Origin: Escherichia coli
GTDB lineage: Bacteria; Pseudomonadota; Gammaproteobacteria; Enterobacterales; Enterobacteriaceae
Assembly: GCF_003790525.1 (NCBI RefSeq)
Contig: NZ_CP033635.1
Strand: one strand, 5' to 3'
Length of the DNA: 64,000 nucleotides
In this document: in pieces, positions 19,912 through 29,862 of the stretch
Numbering within the stretch: position 1 is the first letter of the stretch
Layout: each line of letters starts with the position of its first letter
Translations under genes and position numbers: made by a program
The notes under the pieces: generated by a model
Databases searched by the model: none
Told to the model about the DNA's origin: nothing
Seen by the model: the letters and a program-made list of their open reading frames with translations, nothing else

Positions 19912-20253
19912 TTAGATCGACATACTCATCAGATCGTTAAATCCGGTGGCGATTTTGTTGCGCACCTGCACCAGCGCGGAGAAAGAGAGCGACGCCTGCT
20001 GGCTGGCGATCATCGCCCCGGCGAGGTCATCACTTTTGCCCGTGTCGACAGCCGTTTGCTGCTGCTCCGCCACCTGCTGGAACTGGTCAACGTGACCGAG
20101 CGCGCCGGACATAATACGGTTAAACGACACGTCCGGGTCGGTGGAACTGAAGGTCATGGCGGGTAGCACTGGCGCCTGGGCGTTGGCCTGCATCCGCTGC
20201 ACGTCCTGCATAATTTGCGCCTGCATGGTGCTGTTGATTGTGGTAATGCTCAT
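19912..20253 (-). CDS. lfiE: Flagellar hook-basal body protein FliE
   Basis: 113 aa; FliE-like C-terminus. Confidence 0.85.
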   Translation of the reverse strand: MSITTINSTMQAQIMQDVQRMQANAQAPVLPAMTFSSTDPDVSFNRIMSGALGHVDQFQQVAEQQQTAVDTGKSDDLAGAMIASQQASLSFSALVQVRNKIATGFNDLMSMSI

Positions 20254-20267
20254 TTTTAACTTCCGGG

Positions 20268-21254
20268 TCAGGAGAAAACTTCGATACCGTGCTTGCGCAT
20301 GGAGGCCAGTCGATAGCGCAGTGCGCGCGGGGTAATGCCTAACAGGTCAGCGATTTTGCTGCGGTTGCCCTGATATTTACGCATCAGGTCGGCGATATAT
20401 TGATACTGCGCGCTTCGTCCGTGCTGGCCTAAATCGCCGGTTTCGGCAATGTGGACGGCGGGCTGAACAGGCCATTGCAGTTCACTGTGGTCAGCAATAT
20501 CGGTGTCCGGCAGGCCTAATGCATCCGGGTAAATTACGCCGTCGCGATTTAAAATCATTCCCCGCTGAATGGCGTTTTCCAGTTGGCGAACGTTACCGGG
20601 CCAACGGTAATTGAGCAGCGCACGGCGGGTGGATTCGGACAGGGTGATATTTTTCACCAGCACCGTGGAGTATTTTTTAATAAATGACTCTGCCAGCGGA
20701 ATAATATCGTTCAGACGTTCACGCAGCGGCGGCATGGTAATAGGAATCACCGCCAGACGATAATAGAGATCTTCACGAAAACGTCCGGCGGCAACTTCCT
20801 GCTCCAGGTTTTTATTGGTGCAGGCAATCAGGCGAAAATTGAGTTTGATTTGTCGGTTGCTGCCTAATCGCTCAACCTGTTGTTCCTGCAACACGCGTAA
20901 TATTTTGGCCTGTAGCGCCAGCGGCATTTCACCAATTTCATCGAGCAATAAGGAGCCGTTATTTGCCAGTTCCATTTTTCCTGGCACGCTGGCAATTGCG
21001 CCGGTAAATGCGCCTTTGTCGTAGCCAAATAACGTCGATTCCAGCATATTTTCCGGGATCGCCGCGCAGTTCACGCCGATATAGGGCGCATTATCATTTT
21101 CACCAAAGGCTACGGTGTGAATATATTTCGCCACGCACTCTTTCCCCGCGCCGGTTTCGCCCTGAATGAGCACCGGCACGTTAAAGGCGGCGACACGCTT
21201 TGCCAGAGTAAAAGCGTTAATGCTGGAAGCGGCAGTTGCAATAAGTTCAGACAT
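20268..21254 (-). CDS. lafK: Sigma-54-dependent transcriptional activator (LafK-type): AAA+ domain plus C-terminal HTH, no N-terminal regulatory domain
   Basis: 328 aa; GETGAGKE Walker A; sigma-54 interaction domain; C-terminal Fis-type HTH. Confidence 0.88.
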   Translation of the reverse strand: MSELIATAASSINAFTLAKRVAAFNVPVLIQGETGAGKECVAKYIHTVAFGENDNAPYIGVNCAAIPENMLESTLFGYDKGAFTGAIASVPGKMELANNGSLLLDEIGEMPLALQAKILRVLQEQQVERLGSNRQIKLNFRLIACTNKNLEQEVAAGRFREDLYYRLAVIPITMPPLRERLNDIIPLAESFIKKYSTVLVKNITLSESTRRALLNYRWPGNVRQLENAIQRGMILNRDGVIYPDALGLPDTDIADHSELQWPVQPAVHIAETGDLGQHGRSAQYQYIADLMRKYQGNRSKIADLLGITPRALRYRLASMRKHGIEVFS

Positions 21255-21404
21255 AGGGTGAACAATATAAGTAGCGACAATAATCAGGATGTTCTGAAGC
21301 GTATCACCGGCGGGATTAACAAGTTCGAATTAAACGATAATAAAAACATTATTTGATGGTAAACAATTAGTTAGATATTAATACTGTTAATTTGGACATC
21401 TGTG

Positions 21405-21455
21405 ATGCCCCCTCACCCTAACCCTCTCCCCGGATGGGGCGAGGGGACAGACCGC
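21405..21455. repeat. GC-rich boxC-like repeat in the lafK / lfiM divergent intergenic region
   Basis: gccccctcaccctaaccctctccccggatggggcgaggggac. Confidence 0.5.
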
Positions 21456-21626
21456 AGACTGATTGGCGAAAATCACTCCCATTAAGCAATTAATCGATTA
21501 ATTATTTTTTCACCCTATTAATAATTTGCCCCTTTCACTCCCCCTCTATTTAATACCTCACCTTGTGTCACAGCCGGATTTGCGTGCACAGAAACACCCA
21601 TACCATTACAGCAGAGAAAGTAAGCC

Positions 21627-22478
21627 ATGCTGAAGTACAGTAAAACGCCAGGCATCTTTAAATTAGAAGGTAATCGGCTCGGACGCCCCTACCATCGCCT
21701 GCCGACCCTGTTTACGGGGAATTTTGACGTGATTGATTCGCATCTTGGCAGCTACTTTCTCAAAAAGCATCGCAGCAATATCACCTTAAAAAAGATTGGC
21801 TGCGAAATGGATATTATTAATAAAAACGCCGAACTGATGGTTTCCCAGGTCGGGCATCTGGCGTTTGATATTGATCGCTCCTTATTGTTAATGCTGCTGG
21901 GCAATTTTTATGGTCTGGAGTCCTCTCTTGAAGAGGCGAAAGCGCATAACGGGCTGCCGACCAAAACCGAAACTCGTTTAAAAAACCGACTCGCGCTGGA
22001 TATCTGCACGCTGATATTTAATCTGCAAACCTCCGGTATTGCGCTGAAATTAAAACTGGACAGCAGCACGGTGATTACCCACTGGGCGTATCAATTAACC
22101 TTTACCCTTGCGGGCGATGAAGAGAGCAGTTTCCGTATTTTGCTCGACGACGCCCACACCGATTTTATTTTGAATCTGATCCGCCACAGCGAGCACAGTA
22201 AACCGCAGCAGGTGGCGAAATCCGTTAATAAACCGGCCCTGATTAAAGAAATCATCCGCTCCCTGCCGCTGACCCTGAACGTCAAAATCGCCGAGCTATC
22301 GATGAATGTCGCCGATCTGGCGCAGATAAAAGCCGGGGATATTTTACCCATCTCGCTGGGAGAAACGTTCCCGGTGGCGATTGGGCAATCTGAATTATTT
22401 AGCGCCCTGATTGTGGAAGACAAAGACAAACTGTTTTTGTCGGAGCTGGCGGGCAAGAATGAGAATAGCCATGAGTAA
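21627..22478 (+). CDS. lfiM: Flagellar motor switch protein FliM
   Basis: 283 aa; FliM family by position and sequence. Confidence 0.8.
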   Translation: MLKYSKTPGIFKLEGNRLGRPYHRLPTLFTGNFDVIDSHLGSYFLKKHRSNITLKKIGCEMDIINKNAELMVSQVGHLAFDIDRSLLLMLLGNFYGLESSLEEAKAHNGLPTKTETRLKNRLALDICTLIFNLQTSGIALKLKLDSSTVITHWAYQLTFTLAGDEESSFRILLDDAHTDFILNLIRHSEHSKPQQVAKSVNKPALIKEIIRSLPLTLNVKIAELSMNVADLAQIKAGDILPISLGETFPVAIGQSELFSALIVEDKDKLFLSELAGKNENSHE

Positions 22479-22842
22479 ACAAGACGATATTTTAGCCGGG
22501 GATTTTGGCCTCGCCGATGAAGTTGCGCCTGTCACGAAATCCGCCGACGCCGAAACGCTGGTCACCCGCCTGGAAGACCGCTTTTCCGACTCGATGACGC
22601 TGCTGAAACGCATTCCGGTGACCTTAACGCTGGAAGTGTCGTCGGTGGAAATTATGTTAGCCGACCTGCTTAACATCGACGACGACACGGTGATTGAGCT
22701 GGATAAGCTCGCCGGGGAGCCGCTGGATATCAAAGTGAACAATATCCTGCTGGGCAAAGCGGAAGTGGTGGTGGTCAACGAGAAGTACGGCCTGCGCGTG
22801 CTGGAGTTTAACACCCGCGATATCAACGACCTGGCACCATGA
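22471..22842 (+). CDS. lfiN: Flagellar motor switch protein FliN (ATG at 22471; overlaps lfiM stop)
   Basis: SpoA/FliN C-terminal domain. Confidence 0.85.
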   Translation: MSKQDDILAGDFGLADEVAPVTKSADAETLVTRLEDRFSDSMTLLKRIPVTLTLEVSSVEIMLADLLNIDDDTVIELDKLAGEPLDIKVNNILLGKAEVVVVNEKYGLRVLEFNTRDINDLAP

Positions 22843-23591
22843 AACGCCGCACTCAACTGGCGCTGGGCCTTGGGCTGCTGGCGCTTGCGCCGCTGGCGTT
22901 GGCCCAGGGTGGCGATATTGCGCTACTTAACGTGGTGACCCACGGCAACACTCAGGAGTACAGCGTCAAAATTCAGGTACTGATTCTGATGACCCTCGTC
23001 GGTTTGCTGCCGACGATGGTGCTGATGATGACCTGCTTTACGCGCTTTATTATCGTGCTGTCGCTGCTGCGCCAGGCGCTGGGGCTGCAACAAACGCCGC
23101 CAAACCGCATTCTGATTGGTATTGCGCTCTCACTCACTATGCTGGTGATGCGCCCTGTCTGGCTCAATATTTACGACCACGCGGTAGTGCCGTTTGAAAA
23201 CGATCAGATTACCCTGACCGATGCGTTAAGCACCGCCGCGACGCCGCTAAAACGCTTTATGCTGGCGCAGACCGACAAAAAAGCGATGGCGCAAATCATG
23301 ACCATCGGCGGCGCGAAGGGCAATGCCGCCGACCAGGATCTCACGATTGTGGTGCCCGCCTATGTGTTGAGCGAGCTGAAAACCGCTTTCCAGATTGGCT
23401 TTATGATTTACATCCCGTTTCTGGTTATCGACCTGATTGTCGCAAGCGTACTGATGGCGATGGGGATGATGATGCTGTCGCCGCTGATTGTTTCGCTGCC
23501 CTTTAAACTGATGCTGTTTGTGCTGATCGACGGCTGGTCGCTGACCATCGGCACGCTCACCACCAGCATTCGCGGGCTGGGGCTGGGCTGA
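22839..23591 (+). CDS. lfiP: Flagellar biosynthesis protein FliP
   Basis: 250 aa; signal peptide plus multipass membrane protein with FliP conserved segments. Confidence 0.93.
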   Translation: MKRRTQLALGLGLLALAPLALAQGGDIALLNVVTHGNTQEYSVKIQVLILMTLVGLLPTMVLMMTCFTRFIIVLSLLRQALGLQQTPPNRILIGIALSLTMLVMRPVWLNIYDHAVVPFENDQITLTDALSTAATPLKRFMLAQTDKKAMAQIMTIGGAKGNAADQDLTIVVPAYVLSELKTAFQIGFMIYIPFLVIDLIVASVLMAMGMMMLSPLIVSLPFKLMLFVLIDGWSLTIGTLTTSIRGLGLG

Positions 23592-23593
23592 TT

Positions 23594-23866
23594 ATGTTGA
23601 CCGTAGACGTAGCCGCCGACATTGTCGCCAGTGGCATAAAAGTGGTGATTTTGCTGGTTTCGGTGCTGGTGGTGCCAAGCCTGCTGGTCGGCCTGCTGGT
23701 GAGCGTGTTCCAGGCGGTGACGCAGATTAACGAACAGACCCTGAGCTTTTTGCCGAGGCTGATTGTCACGCTGGTGGTGCTGGGGGTGTGCGGCAAATGG
23801 ATGATTATCCAGTTGCATGATCTCTGCATTCATCTGTTTAGTCAGGCCGCCCTGCTGGTGCATTAA
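23594..23866 (+). CDS. lfiQ: Flagellar biosynthesis protein FliQ
   Basis: 90 aa; two TM helices; FliQ-like. Confidence 0.9.
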   Translation: MLTVDVAADIVASGIKVVILLVSVLVVPSLLVGLLVSVFQAVTQINEQTLSFLPRLIVTLVVLGVCGKWMIIQLHDLCIHLFSQAALLVH

Positions 23867-23867
23867 G

Positions 23868-24650
23868 ATGCGCACAAGCGACGTTACGCAACTGACGGAT
23901 TTGGCGCTGGGGCTGTGGTTTCCCTTCGTGCGCATTATGGCGTTTCTGCGCTATGTGCCGGTGCTGGATAACAGCGCCCTGACCGTGCGTGTGCGGATTA
24001 TTTTGTCGCTGGCGCTGGCAATCATCATCACGCCGTTAATTCCGCATCCCATTCCCCACGATCTGCTATCGCTCAACAGTCTGATCCTGACGGTGGAGCA
24101 AATTTTATGGGGCATGTTATTCGGATTGATGTTTCAGTTTCTGTTTCTGGCGCTGCAACTCGCCGGGCAAATTCTCTCGTTCAATATGGGGATGAGCATG
24201 GCGGTGATGAACGACCCAAGCAGCGGCGCATCGACCACCGTGCTGGCGGAGTTAATTAACGTCTATGCGATCCTGCTGTTTTTTGCCATGGACGGGCATC
24301 TGCTGCTGGTAAGCGTGCTGTATAAGGGTTTCACCTACTGGCCGATTGGCAACGCGCTGCATCCGCAAACCCTGCGCACCATCGCGCTGGCCTTTAGCTG
24401 GGTGCTGGCGTCCGCATCACTGCTGGCGCTGCCGACCACTTTTATCATGCTGATTGTGCAGGGCTGCTTTGGCCTGCTTAACCGCATTGCGCCGCCGCTG
24501 AACCTTTTTTCGCTCGGCTTTCCCATCAACATGCTGGCGGGGCTGGTTTGCTTCGCCACCCTGCTCTACAACCTGCCGGATCACTATCTGCATCTGGCGA
24601 ATTTTGTGTTGCAGCAACTCGACGCGCTGAAAGGTCACTATGGCGGATAG
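23868..24650 (+). CDS. lfiR: Flagellar biosynthesis protein FliR (ATG at 23868)
   Basis: Multipass membrane protein, FliR-like. Confidence 0.88.
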   Translation: MRTSDVTQLTDLALGLWFPFVRIMAFLRYVPVLDNSALTVRVRIILSLALAIIITPLIPHPIPHDLLSLNSLILTVEQILWGMLFGLMFQFLFLALQLAGQILSFNMGMSMAVMNDPSSGASTTVLAELINVYAILLFFAMDGHLLLVSVLYKGFTYWPIGNALHPQTLRTIALAFSWVLASASLLALPTTFIMLIVQGCFGLLNRIAPPLNLFSLGFPINMLAGLVCFATLLYNLPDHYLHLANFVLQQLDALKGHYGG

Positions 24651-25779
24651 CAGCAGCGAAGAAAAAACAGAGAAACCCTCGGCGCAAAAGCTGCGTAAAG
24701 CGCGTGAAGAGGGGCAACTGCCGCGCTCGAAGGATATGGGGCTGGCGGCGAGCCTGTTTGCGGCGTTTGTGGTGATCTCCAGCAGCTTCCCGTGGTATGC
24801 CGATTTTGTGCGTGAGAGTTTTATCAGCGTGCATCAGTACGCGCAGGAGATTAATAACCCGGATGTGATCGGCCAGTTTCTGCGCCATCACCTGTTAATT
24901 CTCGGCAAGTTTATTCTTACCTTGCTGCCGATGCCCGCCGCCGCACTGCTCTCCTCGCTGGTGCCTGGCGGCTGGCTGTTTCTGCCGAAAAAAATCCTCC
25001 CTGATTTCAGCAAAATTAGCCCGTTAAAAGGGATTGGGCGACTGTTTTCCAGTGAGCATCTGGCGGAAACGGGAAAGATGACAGTGAAGTCGGTGGTGGT
25101 GCTGGTGATGCTGTGGGTAAGCCTGCGCAATAACTTTGCCGCCTTTCTCGGCCTGCAGGCGCTGCCGTTCAAACTGGCAATTAACGATGGTTTATCGCTC
25201 TACGCCAGCGTGATGCGCAACTTTGTCATCCTGTTTATCTTCTTTGCGCTTATCGACGTGCCGCTGGCGAAAGCCCTGTTTACCAAAGGGCTGAAGATGA
25301 CCAAGCAGGAGCTGAAAGAAGAGTACAAAAATCAGGAAGGCAAGCCGGAAGTGAAGGCGCGCGTGCGACGGCTGCAACGGCAGCTGGCGATGGGGCAAAT
25401 CCGCAAAGTGGTGCCGAAAGCCAACGTGGTGATCACCAACCCGACCCACTACGCCGTGGCGTTGCAGTATGACCAGTCTCGCGCCGCCGCGCCGTTTGTG
25501 GTGGCAAAAGGCACCGATGAAATCGCCCTCTATATTCGCCAGGTCGCCGCTGAGAATCAGGTGGAAGTGGTCGAGTTCCCGCGGCTGGCGCGCTCGGTTT
25601 ACTACACCACGCAGGTGAACCAACAAATTCCGTTTCAGCTTTACCGGGCCATCGCCCACGTTCTGACCTACGTCCTACAAATGAAACACTGGCGCGAGGG
25701 CGCACAGCCGCGCCCGGCCCTGAACAGACATATTTCCATTCCCAAAGAGGTGCTTAAACTGGATGGCGAAAACAACTAA
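24640..25779 (+). CDS. lfhB: Flagellar export apparatus protein FlhB
   Basis: 379 aa; FlhB family with NPTH autocleavage motif (NPTHYAVAL). Confidence 0.95.
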   Translation: MADSSSEEKTEKPSAQKLRKAREEGQLPRSKDMGLAASLFAAFVVISSSFPWYADFVRESFISVHQYAQEINNPDVIGQFLRHHLLILGKFILTLLPMPAAALLSSLVPGGWLFLPKKILPDFSKISPLKGIGRLFSSEHLAETGKMTVKSVVVLVMLWVSLRNNFAAFLGLQALPFKLAINDGLSLYASVMRNFVILFIFFALIDVPLAKALFTKGLKMTKQELKEEYKNQEGKPEVKARVRRLQRQLAMGQIRKVVPKANVVITNPTHYAVALQYDQSRAAAPFVVAKGTDEIALYIRQVAAENQVEVVEFPRLARSVYYTTQVNQQIPFQLYRAIAHVLTYVLQMKHWREGAQPRPALNRHISIPKEVLKLDGENN

Positions 25780-27856
25780 ATCGTTCCTCGCGCTGCTGCG
25801 CGGCGGCAATCTCGGCGTGCCGCTGGTAATACTGTGTATTCTGGCGATGGTTATTCTGCCGCTGCCGCCTGCGCTGCTGGATATTCTGTTCACCTTCAAC
25901 ATTGTGCTGGCGGTGATGGTGCTGCTGGTGGCGGTGTCGGCGAAAAGGCCGCTGGAATTCAGCCTGTTCCCGACCATTTTGCTGATCACCACTTTAATGC
26001 GCCTGACGCTCAACGTCGCCTCCACGCGCGTGGTGCTGTTACACGGGCATCTCGGCGCGGGCGCGGCGGGTAAGGTAATTGAGTCGTTTGGTCAGGTGGT
26101 GATTGGCGGCAACTTTGTCGTCGGTTTCGTGGTGTTTATCATCCTGATGATCATCAACTTTATCGTCGTCACCAAAGGGGCCGAGCGTATTTCCGAGGTT
26201 TCTGCCCGCTTTACCCTGGACGCGATGCCCGGTAAACAGATGGCGATTGACGCCGATCTTAACGCCGGATTGATCAACCAGGCGCAGGCACAAACCCGGC
26301 GTAAAGATGTTGCCAGCGAGGCCGATTTCTACGGCGCAATGGACGGGGCATCGAAGTTTGTGCGCGGCGATGCCATCGCCGGGATGATGATTCTGGCGAT
26401 CAACCTGATCGGCGGCGTCTGTATCGGGATCTTCAAATACAACCTGAGCGCCGACGCCGCCTTCCAGCAATATGTGCTGATGACTATCGGCGACGGGCTG
26501 GTGGCGCAGATCCCGTCCCTGCTGCTCTCCACCGCGGCGGCAATTATCGTCACCCGCGTCAGCGACAACGGCGATATCGCCCATGACGTGCGCCACCAGC
26601 TGCTGGCAAGTCCGTCGGTGCTCTACACCGCCACCGGGATCATGTTTGTGCTGGCGGTGGTGCCGGGGATGCCGCATCTGCCATTTTTGCTGTTCAGCGC
26701 CCTGCTTGGCTTTACCGGCTGGCGGATGAGCAAACGCCCGCAGGCGGCGGAGGCGGAGGAGAAAAGCCTCGAAACGCTGACCCGAACCATCACCGAAACC
26801 AGCGAGCAACAGGTCAGTTGGGAAACCATTCCGCTGATCGAGCCCATCAGCTTAAGCCTCGGCTACAAGCTGGTGGCGCTGGTGGACAAAGCGCAGGGGA
26901 ACCCGCTCACCCAGCGGATTCGCGGCGTGCGGCAGGTGATATCCGACGGTAACGGCGTGCTGCTGCCGGAGATCCGTATTCGGGAAAACTTCCGTCTCAA
27001 GCCCAGCCAGTACGCCATTTTCATCAACGGCATTAAGGCTGATGAAGCGGATATTCCGGCGGATAAACTGATGGCCCTGCCCTCCAGCGAAACCTACGGC
27101 GAGATTGACGGCGTACTGGGGAATGACCCGGCATATGGGATGCCGGTCACCTGGATTCAGCCTGCGCAGAAAGCGAAGGCGCTGAATATGGGGTATCAGG
27201 TGATCGACAGCGCCAGCGTGATTGCTACCCATGTAAATAAGATTGTGCGCAGCTATATTCCTGATTTATTTAACTATGACGATATTACGCAGTTGCATAA
27301 TCGTTTGTCGTCGATGGCACCGCGACTGGCGGAAGACTTAAGCGCGGCGCTCAATTACAGCCAGTTGCTGAAAGTGTATCGCGCGCTGCTGACCGAAGGC
27401 GTTTCCCTGCGCGATATCGTCACCATCGCCACCGTGCTGGTCGCCAGTAGTGCGGTGACTAAAGATCATATCCTGCTGGCGGCCGATGTGCGCCTGGCGC
27501 TGCGGCGCAGTATCACCCATCCGTTCGTTCGCAAGCAGGAGCTGACGGTGTATACGCTGAATAATGAGCTGGAAAATCTGCTGACCAACGTGGTGAATCA
27601 GGCGCAACAGGCCGGCAAAGTGATGCTCGACAGCGTGCCGGTGGACCCGAATATGCTTAACCAGTTCCAGAACACGATGCCGCAAGTGAAGGAGCAGATG
27701 AAAGCGGCGGGGAAAGACCCTGTGCTGCTGGTGCCACCGCAGTTGCGCCCTTTGCTGGCGCGCTATGCGAGATTGTTTGCGCCGGGGCTGCATGTGCTGT
27801 CGTATAACGAAGTGCCGGACGAGCTGGAGTTGAAGATTATGGGGGCGTTGATGTAG
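25763..27856 (+). CDS. lfhA: Flagellar export apparatus protein FlhA, full length
   Basis: 697 aa; FlhA family (TM domain plus cytoplasmic domain). Confidence 0.95.
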   Translation: MAKTTKSFLALLRGGNLGVPLVILCILAMVILPLPPALLDILFTFNIVLAVMVLLVAVSAKRPLEFSLFPTILLITTLMRLTLNVASTRVVLLHGHLGAGAAGKVIESFGQVVIGGNFVVGFVVFIILMIINFIVVTKGAERISEVSARFTLDAMPGKQMAIDADLNAGLINQAQAQTRRKDVASEADFYGAMDGASKFVRGDAIAGMMILAINLIGGVCIGIFKYNLSADAAFQQYVLMTIGDGLVAQIPSLLLSTAAAIIVTRVSDNGDIAHDVRHQLLASPSVLYTATGIMFVLAVVPGMPHLPFLLFSALLGFTGWRMSKRPQAAEAEEKSLETLTRTITETSEQQVSWETIPLIEPISLSLGYKLVALVDKAQGNPLTQRIRGVRQVISDGNGVLLPEIRIRENFRLKPSQYAIFINGIKADEADIPADKLMALPSSETYGEIDGVLGNDPAYGMPVTWIQPAQKAKALNMGYQVIDSASVIATHVNKIVRSYIPDLFNYDDITQLHNRLSSMAPRLAEDLSAALNYSQLLKVYRALLTEGVSLRDIVTIATVLVASSAVTKDHILLAADVRLALRRSITHPFVRKQELTVYTLNNELENLLTNVVNQAQQAGKVMLDSVPVDPNMLNQFQNTMPQVKEQMKAAGKDPVLLVPPQLRPLLARYARLFAPGLHVLSYNEVPDELELKIMGALM

Positions 27857-27869
27857 GTATCCGGCATCT

Positions 27870-27960
27870 GCGCACAACCGCCGGATGCGGCGTGAACGCC
27901 TTATCCGGCCTACCGTTCAGGCACGATTCGTAGGCTAAGCGTAAGCGCATCCGGCATCGG
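27870..27960. repeat. REP elements flanking rayT
   Basis: gccggatgcggcgtgaacgccttatccggcctac and a second REP-like palindrome. Confidence 0.85.
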
Positions 27961-27967
27961 CGCGCAA

Positions 27968-28465
27968 TTATACAATGATACGCTCCCCGGCACTAAAATC
28001 CGTTACGTCCCCCGCCCAATCGATGGGATATAACCCCTTCGCGACATCGCGATGAAACGTTGAGAATGGCCAATCACTCACTTGCTTTACCCAGCCATGT
28101 TTTACTGGATTTATATAAATATAATCAACATGATGGCGATAGTCTTTGGTATTGCGGATGGCGTGCTCCCAAAAACGCGGTTGCCAGATATTTTGCAATC
28201 CACAAGCATGGGTGAACTGTTTTTTAATCTCCCGCCAGCGAGAGGAAAAATCATCATCGCTTTCGGGTAATGTCCAGATACAGTGCATATGCTCCGGCAA
28301 AACTACCCAGGCGTTAATTTCAAAAGGTCTGGCTCGCTTAACGTTAATAATGACTTTACGGAGCATCTGGAACTGAGCGGTCAGAAGATGGCTTCGACGA
28401 TTTCGTAGGTTAACCGTGAAAAACCAGGTTCCCCCTTTGATGTAATAACGACGATATTCAGACAT
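27968..28465 (-). CDS. rayT: REP-associated tyrosine transposase RayT (YafM), IS200/IS605 TnpA-like
   Basis: 165 aa; matches the RayT/YafM sequence as recalled; flanked by REPs. Confidence 0.9.
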   Translation of the reverse strand: MSEYRRYYIKGGTWFFTVNLRNRRSHLLTAQFQMLRKVIINVKRARPFEINAWVVLPEHMHCIWTLPESDDDFSSRWREIKKQFTHACGLQNIWQPRFWEHAIRNTKDYRHHVDYIYINPVKHGWVKQVSDWPFSTFHRDVAKGLYPIDWAGDVTDFSAGERIIV

Positions 28466-28549
28466 GGCGACTCCTTTTTCTCAACGGTAAGAAGAAAAGG
28501 AAAGGTCGGCAATGAGGTGATGGAATAACGGGAAAGCGGCTCGCATAAA

Positions 28550-28640
28550 CGCACAGATTTGTAGGCATGATAAGACGCGCCAGCGTCGCATCAGGCATCG
28601 GTGCACAATTGCCGAATCCGGCGTGAACGCCCTCTCCGTC
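28550..28640. repeat. REP pair (BIME) flanking rayT
   Basis: gtaggcatgataagacgcgccagcgtcgcatcaggc ... gccgaatccggcgtgaacgccctctccgtcctac. Confidence 0.85.
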
Positions 28641-29390
28641 CTACAAAATCGTCTCTTCCGTCAAAATCCGCCGCGCGCCTAAAAAATGATCCTGCCAGAA
28701 AGGTTCAGCTAACCGGCTTATCCGAATGGTTTCGCCGGTACGTGGTGACTCGATAAACTGACCGTCTCCCAGATACACCCCCATATGATCGGCTATCTCG
28801 CGGCTGTGAATATGGAAAAACAGCAAATCTCCCCGGCGCAGGTCGTTGTTCGCCACAATCGTTGCCCGATGGTAGTGATACATCTCATTGGCTGTGCGCG
28901 GGAGCTTCGCCTCAAGGATCTTGTTGTAGGCATAAAAAACCAACCCGCTACAGTCGAAGCCTTTATCGGGCCGCGTGCCGCCCCAGACATAAGGCTTGCC
29001 AAGCTGCTGCTCCAGGCGGTGAATCGCCACTTCGGTGATGTTGTGTAGATGGTCGCTGCTTAAGAAATGGTTGTTCTCCGCCAGCGCCTGCCAGCGTCTG
29101 TCACTCGCCTTGAGCGGCGCAGGAAACCATTCTGGATGCTGTTTTATCTGTTCGCGGTTGTGCTGGCGCAGCGCCTTTCTGCTTTCGGCATTGCCTTCCA
29201 CAATATAGCCGGCCTGCTTTTTCAGATGAGTTTGGTACTGTTTTAATAAACGCGCACGGTTTTGCATCCGCTGGCGGGCGGCGTAGCTGAAAGAGATATG
29301 TGATGTGGTGGCGCTGGCAAATGAAGAAAACGGCAAGCAAAGCAACAATAATCCCGACAACACAAAAGAGGGAATCGACGGCAAGGACAT
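28641..29390 (-). CDS. yafL: NlpC/P60-family lipoprotein peptidase YafL (ATG at 29390)
   Basis: NlpC/P60 catalytic region (DCSGLV...H...H); matches YafL as recalled. Confidence 0.88.
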   Translation of the reverse strand: MSLPSIPSFVLSGLLLLCLPFSSFASATTSHISFSYAARQRMQNRARLLKQYQTHLKKQAGYIVEGNAESRKALRQHNREQIKQHPEWFPAPLKASDRRWQALAENNHFLSSDHLHNITEVAIHRLEQQLGKPYVWGGTRPDKGFDCSGLVFYAYNKILEAKLPRTANEMYHYHRATIVANNDLRRGDLLFFHIHSREIADHMGVYLGDGQFIESPRTGETIRISRLAEPFWQDHFLGARRILTEETIL

Positions 29391-29567
29391 ACTCAATAAT
29401 GGCTGGTCATGCATTGATGTTGCAGTGTATCCCGGCCCGTACCTGAACAAACTTAATAAACCATTATTATAAAATTAATAAATATATTTCAGTTAATTAT
29501 GTAAAAACATCCGTTTATTAAATTACTCATGGATTGTCGCTGTTGCTCATTTGAGCTACAATTCAAG

Positions 29568-29583
29568 CTGAATAAATATACAG
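29568..29583 (+). promoter_or_regulatory. LexA box (CTG-N10-CAG) in the dinJ promoter
   Basis: ctgaataaatatacag located 17 nt upstream of the dinJ ATG. Confidence 0.7.
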
Positions 29584-29599
29584 CACAGGAGATATCCCA

Positions 29600-29860
29600 A
29601 TGGCTGCTAACGCGTTTGTTCGCGCCCGAATCGATGAAGATCTGAAGAATCAGGCGGCGGACGTACTGGCCGGGATGGGGCTGACCATCTCTGACCTGGT
29701 TCGCATAACCCTCACAAAGGTCGCGCGTGAAAAGGCATTGCCGTTTGATTTACGCGAGCCTAATCAATTAACTATTCAATCAATCAAAAACAGCGAAGCT
29801 GGCGTTGGTATTCATAAGGCCAAAGACGCCGATGATTTATTTGATAAATTAGGAATTTAA
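29600..29860 (+). CDS. dinJ: Antitoxin DinJ
   Basis: 86 aa; matches DinJ as recalled. Confidence 0.93.
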   Translation: MAANAFVRARIDEDLKNQAADVLAGMGLTISDLVRITLTKVAREKALPFDLREPNQLTIQSIKNSEAGVGIHKAKDADDLFDKLGI

Positions 29861-29862
29861 AT

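Noticed and set aside
21255-21626. Possibility that LafK is N-terminally truncated by a frameshift
   Set aside because: The upstream sequence is AT-rich and shows no receiver-domain coding potential in any minus-strand frame; treated as a native short architecture, reported as a finding
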